DNA from: Chiloscyllium plagiosum
Lineage: Eukaryota
Assembly (NCBI RefSeq): GCF_004010195.1
Contig: NC_057719.1
Coordinates: 32,837,931-32,901,930 of the forward strand
Direction of reading: 5' to 3'
Length of the DNA: 64,000 bases
Both the position numbers and the translations under genes were made by a program. Position 1 is the first letter of the stretch. Every line of letters begins with the position of its first letter. Under the pieces are notes generated by a model. The model was not told the DNA's origin, did no database searches, and was given only the letters and a program-made list of their open reading frames with translations. Positions 48,672 to 61,389 of this stretch are shown here, in pieces.

Positions 48672-50255
48672 CATAGTCATGAAGTCGTACAGCACAGAAA
48701 CAGACTCTTTGGTCAAACCAGCCCATAATCCCAAACCAAACTAGTCCTACCTGCTTGCACTTTCCTATAATCTCTCATAACATTTCTTATTTGCATACTT
48801 ATCCAAACGTCTATTTTAAACATTGTAACTGTACTCACTTCCACAACTTCCACTGGAAGTTCATTCGACATACAAACCATTCCGTGTAAAAAAAAAATAC
48901 TCCTCATGCCTTTATAAAACCTTTCTCCTCTCATCTTAAAAATATGCCTTCAGGCTTGAAATCCCCCACCCTAAGGAAAATAAAACACCCACCATTCATC
49001 CTATTTATACCCCTAATGAATTTATAAATCTCTATTAGGTCAACTCTCAACCTCCTAAGCTCCAGTGAAAAATGCCCCAGTTTGTCCAGCATCTCCTTAT
49101 AACACAAACCCTCCTTTCCTGGCAACTTCCTGTCAAATCTCTTCTGAACCCTCTCCAATTTAATAATGTTCCTCCCATAACAGGAAGACCAGAACTGGAC
49201 ACAGCACTCCAGAAAAGGCCTCACCAATGTCCTATACAACCTCAATGTGACATCTCAACTCCTGCATTCATAAGTCTGAGCATTGAAGGCAAGCATGCTA
49301 TATACCGTCTTAACCACCCAGTCTACCTTGACGCAAATTTTAAACAATTATGCACCTGAACCCCTAGGTCTCTGTATTCTAGGTGATGGCCTAATGATAT
49401 TATTGCTGGACTGTTAATCCAAAGAGCCAGGTCAAGTTCTGGGGACCTGGGTTTAAATTCCACCATGGTAGATGGTGGAATTTGTATTCAATAAAAAGTC
49501 TATAATTAGGAGTCTCATGATGACCATGGAAAGCCTATTTGGTTCACTAATGTCCTATGGGAAAAGAAACTGCTATCATTAACTGGTCCATTCTATCTTT
49601 GACTTCAAAGCCACAGCAATGTGGCTGACTATTAACTGCCCTCTGGGCAATTAGGGCTGGGCAAGAAATGCCAGCCTAGCTGGAGATTCCCTCATCCTGT
49701 GAATGAATGAAAAAAGCCCAAAGCCCTACTTTTAATTGTATAAGTCTTGCCTTTGTTTGTTTTTACCAAAATGCAAGACTTCGCATTTATCCAAATTAAA
49801 CTCCATCTGCAACTCTTCAGTCCTTGTCACTACTGATCAAGATTTCTTTGTAATCTTAGATAGCCTTCTTCACTGTCCACTATATGACTGATCTTGGTGT
49901 CATCTTCAAAATTACTAACCATGTTTTCTATGTTCTCCTCTAAATTGTTCATATAAATGACAAACCAAAGTGGACCCAGTGCCGATCCCTGTGGAACACT
50001 GATGGCCACAGGCCTTCAGTCTGAAAAACAACCCACCATCACTCTCTGACTCCTGCCGTTAAGCTAATCTTGTATCCAATTGGCAAGCTTACCCTGAATC
50101 CCACGTGATCTAACTTTACCAATTAGTCTATCATGTGGAACCTTGTCAAATGCTTTACTAAAGTCCATGTAAATAAATTCTACCCCTCTACCCTCATCAA
50201 TCTTCTTGGTTACTTATTCAAAAGACTCAATCAAGCTTGTGAGACATGATTTCCC
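48672..50255 (-). mobile_element. CR1 fragment (RT to 3' UTR) interrupted by a SINE
   Basis: ORFs 48931..49245 and 48713..48934. SVPQGSALGPLWF at ~49960-50000 on the minus strand. Confidence 0.9.
49383..49715 (+). mobile_element. tRNA-derived SINE (not HE1) with LINE-derived tail
   Basis: Head ggtgatggcctaatg...gacctgggtttaaattcc. Tail gggcaattagggctgggcaagaaatgc...gaatgaatgaaaaaa is shared with the LINE ends at ~14245-14305 and ~62971-63043. Confidence 0.75.
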
Positions 50256-52004
50256 TGTGGTTAGGATGCTGCCAAAGCATTCCCACAAGCAATGGTGACA
50301 GGATTGCTTCACAAAGTGTACACTGTACAGCCACTTAAAAAGTGTCACAATGTTCATTTTCACATGAAACACGAGAGATTTTACATGTTTGATAACTCTG
50401 GAGTAAGATTGAGGGAATGTATAAATGTCAGCTTCCCATTAAAGTCGCTTGCATATCTGACTTCTAAAGAAGCTCAGACTTTCACTTAGGACAAGTAAAA
50501 CCTGTTTGTGTAAACTAAGTGAGAAAACAGATTCTGTAGACCACTGGGGAATTTGCAATCAACACACTTTGTGTTTAAAGCTCCCCTGCAGTCAGTAAAG
50601 CAACTTTCAGCTCAGAATTCAATCATTTGTTTATTGTTTCTTCAAATATTATAATGGGTATGTGCTTCCCTGTCAAGAGACAAAGCAGTCTGTGAATGCA
50701 GTAAAACTTCATGCGTCATGGGAATTGAACACAAAAACTTTTATCGACAATTGTTTGATAGAAAAAGAAAACTCAAATCTCAATTAATTTAAATGACCAG
50801 ACATTATGAATCTGCATAAAAGGTTAGAGTGCAGTTCATCTTTATTAATGCACAAAAATGTGATGAATTAAATAATAAATATTAGAGTTGTATTTTGCTA
50901 CTTAATTTTGTGTAAGTTCAGCATAAATCATGAAATGCATAACACAATGGCAAACTATGCCAGTGTGCAATGCTGCAATCATAATGCTATGTTATTAATT
51001 ACAATGAAGCAGATCTGAATGGTAAATAACAAAATTAAAAGAAAAATACAGTCTGTCGCCCGCAGTTAATGATATGGTCATAAGCTACTGTCAAGCACAA
51101 AAGAAAATCAATGTCAGTGATTATGAGAGTAAGTGTGAAAGCATAAATCCTGGTTCCTGCAGGATTTATATACAACAAAGTAGCCACGATGTAAAATTCA
51201 TAAAGCATATTTGGGATAGTTCCTTAAAACGTTTCTTAAAAATGTTGTGGATCAAAATCAAGGATTAACCTGTTTTGGATTCGGTGTTGTCTAATGAGGC
51301 ATGTTTAATTTTTTAAAAAGTCAGAGTAAAAGATCCCCAGGAAACAGTGACAGCAACATGGTAGAATTTAGCAGTCAGCTTGAGAGAGAGAAATTTGGAT
51401 TCAAAACAACTGTGCTAAGCTTAAATAAGAATAACTAAGGAATTGAATGTAGAGCTCTCTGGGGTAGACTGGGGAAGGGGTTAGCAGCAAAGATAATTTA
51501 AGAACAATGGGAGATGTTGAAGAAAATAGTTCATGCTTCACAACAATTATATATATATATATATATATCCCATTGAGAAAGAAGGATTCTAGGAAGGGGA
51601 TAACCAGCTGGGGAATTTTCAGAAGTTTATGGTAGCATGAAATCAAAAGACAAAAGCATATAATGTATCAAAGAGTAATGGTAAGACAGAGGACTATGAA
51701 AGTTTCTAAAAACAAAAATAGATAATCAAATAAAAATAAAGCAAGCAAAAATAAACTATGAAGGCAAATTAGAAAGTAACATAAAAGCAAATAGCTAGAC
51801 CTTCGTTAAATAAAAAGGAAAAGAGAGGCCAAAGTTAACAATTGGAGCATGAGGCTGGATAAATAATAATTGAGAACCAGGGAATGGCAAACGAGTTGAA
51901 TAAGTGCTTTTCCTCCATCACTAATAGCATTCTAACAATAATAAATACTCACAGGGCAAAAGAAGGGAATGAAATGAACATATTAACTATCATTGAGAAA
52001 AAGT

Positions 52005-52690
52005 TCAAGATTTGTGTAAAGATTTGTAGCTTGGGTATCGGTTGCTGTGGTTGTGGGTGTGTTCGCCGAGCTGGGAATTTGGTTTGCAGTTGTTTTGTCC
52101 CCTGTCTAGATGAGATCTTCAGTGCTGTGGAGCTTTCTGTGAAGTGCTGCTGTACTGTGTTAGTTGGAATTTATTTGCTTTTGTTCCCGCTGCTTCTGGT
52201 TGCTTGTTGCGGTTTTCATTATAATGGTCGGTATATTGGTTCGAGGTCAAAGTGTTTATCGATGGAGACTGTGAACGAGTGCCATGCTTCTAGGAATTCT
52301 CTAGCTATCCTCTGTTTAGCTTGTCCTGTTATTGTTGTGTTGTCCCGGTTGAACTTATAGTCCTTGTTGTCTGTGTATAGGTACTAGGGCCAGCTGGTCA
52401 CAGCGTCTAGTGACTAGTTGACGTTCATGAATGCAGATTGCTAGCTGTCTGCCTGTTTGTCCTATATAGCATTTCATGCAGTCTCTGCATGGAGTCTTGT
52501 ACACCACATTTATCCTGCATATGATGGGCATTGAGTCTTTTGTTCTGGTGAGTTGTTATCTGAGCGTGTCTGTCAGATTATGTACTGTCATAAGTCCGAG
52601 TGGTCGGAGGAGTCGGGCTGTCAGTTCCAAGATGTCAGAGGACAACCAGAGAATTCCTAGAAGCTTGGCACTCATCCATGGACTTTTGAT
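52005..52690 (-). mobile_element. PLE of a different (Poseidon-like) family: GIY-YIG, 3' end and a short inverted stub
   Basis: Minus strand NVVYKTPCRDCMKCYIGQTGRQLAICIHERQL. Degenerate hammerhead gca CTGAAGA t...aAAA at ~52085-52125. 52650-52680 is inverted relative to 52270-52300. Confidence 0.82.
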
Positions 52691-52899
52691 AAGGTACACT
52701 TTAAGCTATTTAATAAGACAGGACCTCATGGTTTTGAAGATTGCATATTAACATGTACAGAGGATTGGTTAACTAATAGAAAGTTGGAATGGGTGGGATG
52801 CTTCCTCAGCATGGCAACTTGTAAGTAATGGAGTTTCTCATGGATTACTGCTGGGGCCAGAATTATTTACAGTATATATTAATTACTGGGATGAGGAAG

Positions 52900-53560
52900 T
52901 CCTGTAACAAAGACAGAGAGACCGATGAGTTCAGGTTCATAACTCTTTGAAATTTGCATCACAGATAGACAGGGTGTTTAAAAGGGCATTTGGAATGCTT
53001 GCCTTCATTGTGCAGACCTTTGAGGAAAGGAACTGCAACATTATGTTGAGGTTGTACAAGACATTGGTGAGGCCTCTTCTGGAGTACTGGATGCAGTTCA
53101 GGATGCCCCATTATCGGAAGGATATTGTTAAACTGGAGAGGGTTCAGAAAAGATTTACCAGGATGTTGGCGGGAATGGAAGGTTTGAGTTGTAAGGATAG
53201 GCTGGGACATTTTTCACTGGAATGTAGGAGGTTGAGGGGTGACCTTATGGACGTTTATAAAAACATAAGGGACATAGATAAGATGAATAGCAGGGGGTAT
53301 ATTTTTACAGTGAGAGGAGAAAGATTTAAAGAGGACATGTTTTTGCACAGAGAGATCTTAGTATGTAGAATGAACTTCCAGAGCATGTGGTGGATGCAGG
53401 TATACTTAAACTTAAAAGACATTTAGATAAGTGCATAAATAGGAAAGGTTTGGAGGGATATAGGCCAAATGCAGGCAGATGGGGACTAGTTTAGTTTGTG
53501 AAAATGGCCGGCATGGACTCGTTGGACCTGTTTCCATCCTGTACGACTCTATGACACTAT
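52900..53560 (+). mobile_element. Younger CR1 3' fragment nested in the old CR1
   Basis: ORF 52947..53426 LYKTLVRPLLEYW...LERVQKRFTRML. Tail gactctatgacactatga. Confidence 0.88.
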
Positions 53561-53777
53561 GATACAAAAGTAGGTGAGAGATCAAGCGATGCGAATGACA
53601 CAAGGAGTCTAGAGAGGGTTATGTACAGTTTAAGCGAGTGAGCAAAAATTTGTCAGATGGAATATTATGTGGAAAAGTGTCAGCCTTGGCAGGAATCGAG
53701 GGTTTGAATTTTATTTAAATGAAGGGAGACTGCAGAAGCTGCAGCACAGAGGGATTTGGGGATTCATTTGCATAAAT

Positions 53778-54108
53778 TGGCTCAGTGGTTAGCACTGCTG
53801 TCTCACAGTGCCAGGGACCCGGGTTCATTTCCAGCCTCGGGTAACTGTCTGTGTGGAGTTTGCACATTCTCCCTGTATCTGCATGGGTGTTCTAGTTTCT
53901 TCCCACAATCCAAAGATGTGCAGGTCAGGTGAATTGGCCATGCTAAATTGCCCGTAGTGTTCAGAGGTGTGTAGGTTAGGTGCATGAGTCAGGGGAAATA
54001 TAGAATAATAGGGTAAGGGAATGTTTCTGGCTGGGATACTCTTCAGAGGATCGGTGCAGACTTGTTGGGCCAAATGGGCTGTTTACACATGATATGGATT
54101 TTATGATT
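53778..54108 (+). mobile_element. HE1/V-SINE-type SINE
   Basis: tggctcagtggttagcactgctgtctcacagtgccagggacccgggttc...tgtgtggagtttgcacattctccc. Confidence 0.88.
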
Positions 54109-55349
54109 CAAAATTACAAATAGCTAGCAAACAAGCTCAGCAGGTAATTGGGAAAGCAAATTGATTGTTGGACTTTATTTTGAAGGAAATAGAGTATAAA
54201 AATAGAGAGGTCTTCCTAAGACTATTCTAAAAAAGGTAAAGTCATCGTAGTCGTACAGGACCATAAAGCTGCTCTCTCATTAGAAAGGGGTGATTGGTGT
54301 GGTTTAATCTGTGAGTCACCATGCCTCAGGTGGGGCAAGGGCTATGAAAGTGTGTTCTTTATGTTAACATCAAGGTGTAGGAATTGAACCCACACTATTT
54401 GTATCACTGTGCATTGCAAACCAGCCATCTAGCCAACTGTGCTAATTGACTCTCTAAAAGTGTGCAAGGCATGAGTCAGATCACACTTGGAATACTGTGG
54501 ACAGTTTTAGATAACTCAGGAAAGATATATTGTCATTGCAGGTAGTCCAAAGAGAGCTCACGAGGTTGATAACTGGTATGAATGGATTGTCTTAAAAGGA
54601 GGGATTGAGTAAATTGAGCTTGTACCCATTGGAGCAAAGAAGAATGAGAGGTGACCTTATTGAAACAAACAAATATCTCAGTAGACTCGACAGTCTCGAT
54701 GCAGGAACATTGCTTTCCTGTGTGGGACAGTCTGGGACCAGAGATCATAATCTCAGAGGAAAGGGTTATCCACTTACAACAGAGATAAGGAGGAATTTCA
54801 TCTCTCAGACGGTGGTGAATCTATGGAATTCTTTACTGCGGAGGGCTGCAGAGGCTGTGTCATTAAGTATATTCAAGACTGAAATAGACAGATTTTAATC
54901 AGGAAGATAATTAAGTGTTATGGAGAAAGAGCAGGAAATTGCAGATGAGGATTATTAGTTCAACCATGATGTCATCTAATGGCAGAGCACATTCAATGAA
55001 TTCAATGGCCTACTTTGTCTTATGGCTCTCCACTGAACTGAAATCTCATTTTGAACCCATCCTGTACTTAATCTATTCAACTACCTCTCCCCAATCTGAC
55101 AACTGAGCAGAAATACAGCCATAGCACTCCATCCATTGAGCAGATCCTATCACAAAATTCTCTCCCCAGGAAATGAGAAATAAGTTCCCAGCCTCTCCCA
55201 ACACTGAAAAGAAATCAGTACACAGTACCCTCCCAAACTGAATAAAAAGCTGCTATGAATACCTTAGTTCTCTCAAATCAGCGTATAATACAAACACTTA
55301 AATGCAAATTGAAGTAGCCAATTTTGCAAAGTAATAAGTATTTATGGAA

Positions 55350-55812
55350 TCAGAGAGTCATACAGCACAGACACAGATTATACGGCCTAACTTGTCCAGA
55401 TATCCTAAATTAATCTAGTCCTATTTGCCAGCATTTGGCCCATATCCCTCTAAACCTTTCCTAGTCATTTACCCATCCAGATGCCTTTTAAATGTTGTAA
55501 TTGAAATAGTGTCCACCACTCCTCTAGCAGCTCACTTCACATATGCACCACTCTTTGCGTGGAAAAGTTCACCTTCGGTCCCAGTTACATCTTTCTCATC
55601 GCATCATAAACCTATGTCCTCTACTTTTGGACTCCCTACCCTGGAAAAAAGACCTTGGCTGTTCATCCTACCCATGCCCCTCATGATTTAATAAACCTCT
55701 ATCAGGTGACCCCTCAACTTCCGTTGCTCCATGGAAAATAGCCCCAGCTAATTCAGCCTTACCCTACAGTTCAAACCCTCCACCCTGTGCAAAATTCTTG
55801 TAAATCTTTTGA
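55350..55812 (-). mobile_element. CR1 3' fragment
   Basis: Reverse complement of the young CR1 3' end (cagagagtcatacagcacag...gccagcatttggcccatatccctctaaacc). Confidence 0.88.
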
Positions 55813-57684
55813 CTAGAAACAGCTGATAATACCATTAAAATCAAATCACTGGCAGCTATCCATCGTGAGGGGTCATAATAGGGTTAAGCAGTGCATGCTG
55901 AAATGAAAATGATAGTGATCCTGACAACATTATCTGCCTTATGACATGTTTCTAGTGGAGTGCTGACAATTTCCAATGACGTTCACCTGGAAATTGGAAT
56001 GGACAGCCAATCAACAGTAATTTCTTGCTTCTGTTCACTTTTCCAACACTTATGAACATAGGTCTAAATGATTTTCAGAATCTGTGATTTGTCTGTTTAA
56101 TTTGACATATTCAGCAACTATAAATCAATAAGCCAGATGTGTTACCATGGTATAAGAGTCCTGATGTTACAAGACAGCATATTTCCCTGACTGACTGTGA
56201 ACTGTGAATGCTCTAAACATTGTACATGTGGTCTACACTTCTTGTCCATCACACTTCAGATTTATCTTATCATCTAATCTGAATTTCCATCATAGACACA
56301 ATTTACACTTTTATTCCAGTATTTCCTTGGTACAGCAACATAACCCACCCCTGTAAATGAGAAGTGTGCCCCTTAAGGACCAGAGTGACGGATACTTTAG
56401 AAAATGTTAACAAGATCCAAGATAACTCAGAGAACTGTAACTTGACAGACCAACTCCTGGAATTACAGGCATCACTTACAAACATGCCTCGATGTAATTC
56501 ATCTTTCACCAAAATGGATTAAGATGTACTCTTAGTTACTGAGCTTCAGCCTTTTGCTTTGTTTTTCTCTGTAAGTGTTTCTAATAAAATTAGTAGCATA
56601 CTGTATAATACTATCTACTATTGCAACATAGAGTACCTTGTAATATACGAGCAATGTAAAACTTATGTGGCATGCACTTCTTAAAGACATATAAATAAAT
56701 CTATATTGATACACAATATAATAAATTTGCCCTTTAAACTGAGATGACAAACTGAGCTTTACGGTTTCATCTGGCATAACTCTCTTTCTCGGCTGAATCA
56801 ACATTTTAAAAACACACAGTTATTAATTTGTTGGCTGCAAATCTGAAACTAACTACAGACTGCCCTCCAGGTAAAACAAGCTTGCCACAGAAATATAAGC
56901 CAATCTGGTTTGAAACGAAACAGGAACAAAGGATGTTGACATCTCTTAATAACTCCAGGTTAACTGTTATTCCGAGATAAGGTTGTCAATCCCCTGGTTT
57001 GGCCTTGTAGTTCTCTGGAATAAAAGAATGAATTCCAGGATTCTGCTGCGAGCAGAATGGGAGAACATTTGGAGGAACATTACAAAAAAATGTGATTTCA
57101 AAAAACAAATTCTAGGAAGACTTTTATTTTTGTGGTTATAATAACAGCTGACATGGGAAAATGTTTGACTGACATCCAAGAATCAATTAATTGCTTTAAT
57201 GAAGTCCATTTTCTTCTTCATTTAGTGTGAGAAGGTAGTACACTTAGAGAAAAGATGTATCAACAACCGATGGCAAGGGCATGGTTGGGGCAATGGGCAA
57301 CAAGAAAATAGCCAAGTGATAAAACCAGGAATTGGTCCTGCCAGAGTTGGTAACTTTAAACATTTTTTGAAATATTTGCCCAACCGAATGGAAAGTAAAT
57401 AAAGAATGGAAACAAATTCCAGCCTGATTGTCTGTTTGACTTAAGCTCTCAAAGTGGATTAACTGAATAGAATGGTTGTAAGCATCTAAGTACCATACAG
57501 TGCTCCTGAAGTGAATTGTCTGGTATGCTAATCTGTACAAACAGGACATGGCAAACAATGCAGATATTTAAATTCTACTGCATCAAAGCATCCGAATTGG
57601 TGCAGTCCTCATTCGTCTAGTGGTGTCTATTACACTTGACATGTCACACTTCAAAGTATAAGAGAAAGTATAAGAGAGTATTGT

Positions 57685-58014
57685 GGGAGGCACGGTGGCG
57701 CAGTGGTTAGCACTGTTGCCTCACAGCGCCAGAGACCTGGGTTCAATTCCCGCCTCAGGCGACTGACTGTGTGGAGTTTGCACGTTCTCCCCGTGTTTGC
57801 GTGGGTTTCCTCCGGGTGCTCCAGTTTCCTCCCACAGTCCAAAGATGTGCAGGTCAGGTGATTTGGCCATGCTAAATTGCCCTAGTGTTAGTTAAGGGGT
57901 AAATGTATGGGTGGGTTGCGCTTCAGCGGGTCGGTGTGGACTTGTTGGGCCGAAGGGCCTGTTTCCACACTGTAATCTAATCTAATCTAAATCTAATCTA
58001 ATCTAATCTAAATC
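57685..58014 (+). mobile_element. Young HE1/V-SINE-type SINE with (TAATC)n tail
   Basis: CpG-rich copy with clear A-box tggcgcagtggttag and B-box ggttcaattcc. Tail taatctaatctaatcta at 57973-58012. Confidence 0.92.
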
Positions 58015-58035
58015 ATGAGAAAGAAAGAACGCTCA

Positions 58036-58586
58036 GAATTGGAATTATCATGTGCACTTGAGTGAATGCAGTGAAAAGTTTGCAATGTCATCACTTGTGG
58101 TTTCGTCTTAGGTACAGATACTTAAGAATTTGGTGCAAAATTGAAAGCATAATAAATAAAAGTCCATAAAAGAATGAAAAAAAAAGTGCTTGAATTACAG
58201 TCCATTCACCCCAGTCTGTGCCAGCATGAGCCTCCAGACTGCAATGGGCCAAGTCTCCATACCACGCTGGGGTTCAAACCTTGCGGCCTTGCCTCCAGTC
58301 TAGAAGGGCCTCTCCTTCCCGTGCCAACCTCCTGTCTGGGACTCGTCTCCCCAAGACGGCCTCTGGTCCAGGACTCATGTCCGGGATTCACCTTCAGGAC
58401 TTGCCTCCTGAGCCGGCCTGGTCTGGAACTCACTTGTGATGGCCTTTGGTCTGGGAGTCACCTCCTCCATTTCCCTCCGAGTAAATTTAAAGTTAAAAGT
58501 TTGAAAATAAAAGAGAAAAAGGAAAAGAAAAAGAATGGGTGGAACAGAAAAGCTCTAAATGGAGTGTCCTAATCTGCTGCCATCAG
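58036..58586 (-). mobile_element. Second non-coding bipartite element with the same layout as 28779-29674
   Basis: Minus strand ctgatggcagc start, T-rich tract, GC-rich body, end cttttcactgcattcactcaagtgcacatgataattccaattc. Confidence 0.5.
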
Positions 58587-58765
58587 TTATGTCATGATTA
58601 ACTGTTTGTGTGACATCTTATTGTAAGCCTTTTTAAAATCAAGCTATGTTATTTCTGTTAGTTTCCCACTATCTTTCCTGCAAGTTACATAATTAAAGAC
58701 AATTGTCAGAAAGATTTCCTTTTTGGAAAATCACGAAGATGTATTCTCACTTACTTAATTACTGA

Positions 58766-59356
58766 TGTTCTGTATCCAAATGGCTAGTTCTCCCTGTAGT
58801 CTGTGAAATCTAACCTTGCTAATCAGTCTCCCATGGGAAACCTTGTTGAACGCCCTACTGAAATCCATATAGATCACATCTAGCGCTCTGCCCTCATCAA
58901 TCGTCTTTGTTACTTCCTCAAAATACTCAATCAAGTTTGTGAGACATGATTTCCCATGCACAAAGCCATGTTGACTATCCCTAATCAGTCCTTGCCTTTC
59001 CAAATGCATGTACATCCTGTCCCTCAGGATACCCTAAAAACAACTTGCCCACCACCGACGTCAGGCTCACTGGTCTATAATTCCCTGGCTTGTCTTTACC
59101 ACCCTTCTTAAACAGTGGCACCACATTAGCCAACCTCCAGTCTTCCGGTACCTCACCTGTGACTATCGATGATACAAATATCTCAGCAACCAATATTTAA
59201 GAGGCATTTGGATGGGTATATGAATGGGAGGGGTTTGGAAAGATATGGGCCAGGTGCTGGCAGGTGGGACTAGATTGGATTGGGATATCTGGTCGGCATG
59301 GACAGGTTGGACCAAAGGGTCTATTTCCATGCTGTACATCTCTATGACTCTATGAT
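58766..59356. mobile_element. Young CR1 with inverted 5' part: RT N-terminal piece on minus (58766-59190), 3' end on plus (59195-59356)
   Basis: Minus ORFs GEVPEDWRLANVVPLFKKG.KDKPGNYRPVSLTS and SQHGFVHGKSCLTNLIE...GELAIWIQN abut a plus-strand 3' UTR ending tctctatgactctatga. Confidence 0.88.
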
Positions 59357-61389
59357 TTGACATACTCCACTCCCCCTAACAACAGTCAATAGCGTTGCCT
59401 CTCCCCAGAGTTAAAAGGTGTGGATTTATAAAAAACTGAATTTACTGAAACATTCTACAAAAAGCAGCCTCTAATTGATTTCTTGAGATATCTATTTAAA
59501 GTATCCTTCCACAAAGACTATCTGGGTACTCAGGTTAAAGGAGAGGCATGTGTGAAACCTTCCTGCACAAATGACTCTCCACATCCAAAAAAAGACTAGA
59601 TCTGTGAACAATGAAGTCATTCATTGACTTGCTTAATTGTCTTCTCACTGACTCTAACAGCCCTTGGAAACACATTGGTTTTAGACACTCACTGTCCCAT
59701 CTGGGTTTGCTGATATCAGGGACTAAGTAACTAGAAGTGGGAAATTAGTCCTTGCACTTCTAGTCCCTCAAACCTCAATGTCATATCAAGTCTGTCTCTT
59801 TCAAAGGTTAATGATGTGTACAGAGCAAACCTAATAATGCCTTTACAATTCCTATGGCATTTCAAACCTTCTCAAATATTTAGACTATTAGAAGTCATTT
59901 TGATTATCACTGCACCATCATCTGACATCATGCATTTCCATTTTTACATTACCTGCACTAACCCTCAAAAGCAGTTCTAACATTCAGCATGTCAACATCA
60001 CAGATATCCACGGAGTATTTCTTAAATCATATTTAATGAACGTATTTATTGTCTCAACATACTTTATCTTCGGTAGATTCCTCTATGTGCATGCACATGT
60101 TCAATAATGTTTAAGAATATTCTATTATTAACTCATTCTGTTGCCAAGCAAACATTGGCAGCCAGAATGTACTAAAAGGTGAATTTGCATCATTAAAACA
60201 AAATAAAGATGGCAGTTACATGGGGTCTCAATGTTTCCTTGACAACAACACGTTTCTATTTATTATAAAGAAATGAACAACACTAAATATAATCAAGTTT
60301 TTGTATTCAACAACAAACTAGTGACTGCAATTTAAGAAAAAGTACTTCATTGGGCATTGAGCATGTTAGGATATCTTAAGAGATTGAAAAGTGCTATTTA
60401 AATGCAAGTCCTTGTTGTATTGTAGCTCTTAAGGCAGTAATGCTCTATGCAAGGCAATAGGTGATAAAATTACACTTAAATATAGATAGATCCAAATGGG
60501 CCAAAGAAAAAAGTTATAAATGCAGAGTAAGCGTAAGGTTGGATTTTTGCAGAGTCACAAACCTTTAAAAATGATGGGCAAGACCTGGATTTGGAAGTCT
60601 CACTCCTCTTTCTGAGAGATACAACTTTTGCTGGCAGGGGAAGGAGGTGGAGAATAGTTTTCATTGGCAAGAAATTTAAACTCAGCAGGACCATTTGAAA
60701 TTATTGCTAAGTTCAAACAAACATGTTCTGACTATGGCAAGGACATTACCTGAATGTAGGAGGCACACATTGATGAAATAAATTAAAAATGGTCTCCTAA
60801 GGGGCAGGTAAAGGCTTTTTAAATGTCATGATCTGAAGCTTCTTTTTAAATCCTCTGCTGTTTAAACATGAATGAAATAGACAGAAACTGTCAGCAACAG
60901 AGAAGAGAAACCCTCTGCAGACTTCTTTGATTGATAAACTAGCTTTAGTAACATATAATGAAAATAATTTGTTTGTACAGTTTCAACAGAGGTTTTAGCC
61001 AATGTTTTTTCTCACATCATTATTAAAATCTAGTTGAGTTTCAAATGCTATCATAATGTTAGCATGCGTTTCTGAGTTTACAATGTAATTAACAGTTTAA
61101 ATAAGCTATTAAAGAATTAGCTTTCTTTGATATTGGGTCTTTTTTTTCTTTTATGAAATTAAACATTTGAGATTTGAAAGTTTTGAATTGGTTTCACGAA
61201 TTTGTTATCTTTCACTATCGAATGTGCACAAATGATCACTCTTTGACTTCCTAGAATTAGAATCTAATAGGTGCTTCATTCAGGGTCAACTCTGCCAACT
61301 TGAGAAATTTCCTGACTTGAACTATTTGTCTCAGTAGTGAAACTCCAGTTCGTAATCTTTCATTTAAGTAACTCAACTGGATTTTCAGA

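Larger units (their letters stand above)
51265..55020 (+). mobile_element. Long old CR1 (endonuclease end to 3' UTR) hosting several nested insertions
   Basis: MANELNKCFSS (51884), NGVSHGLLLGPELF (~52830), LYPLEQRRMRGDLIET (54605). Collinear pieces separated by insertions. Confidence 0.78.

Noticed and set aside
51884..52360. 158-aa Cys-rich ORF as a novel protein
   Set aside because: It is a CR1 remnant running into the antisense strand of a PLE 3' region.
57685..57760. tRNA genes at A/B-box motifs
   Set aside because: They are SINE heads that continue into V-domain and LINE-like tails; no complete cloverleaf with terminator.
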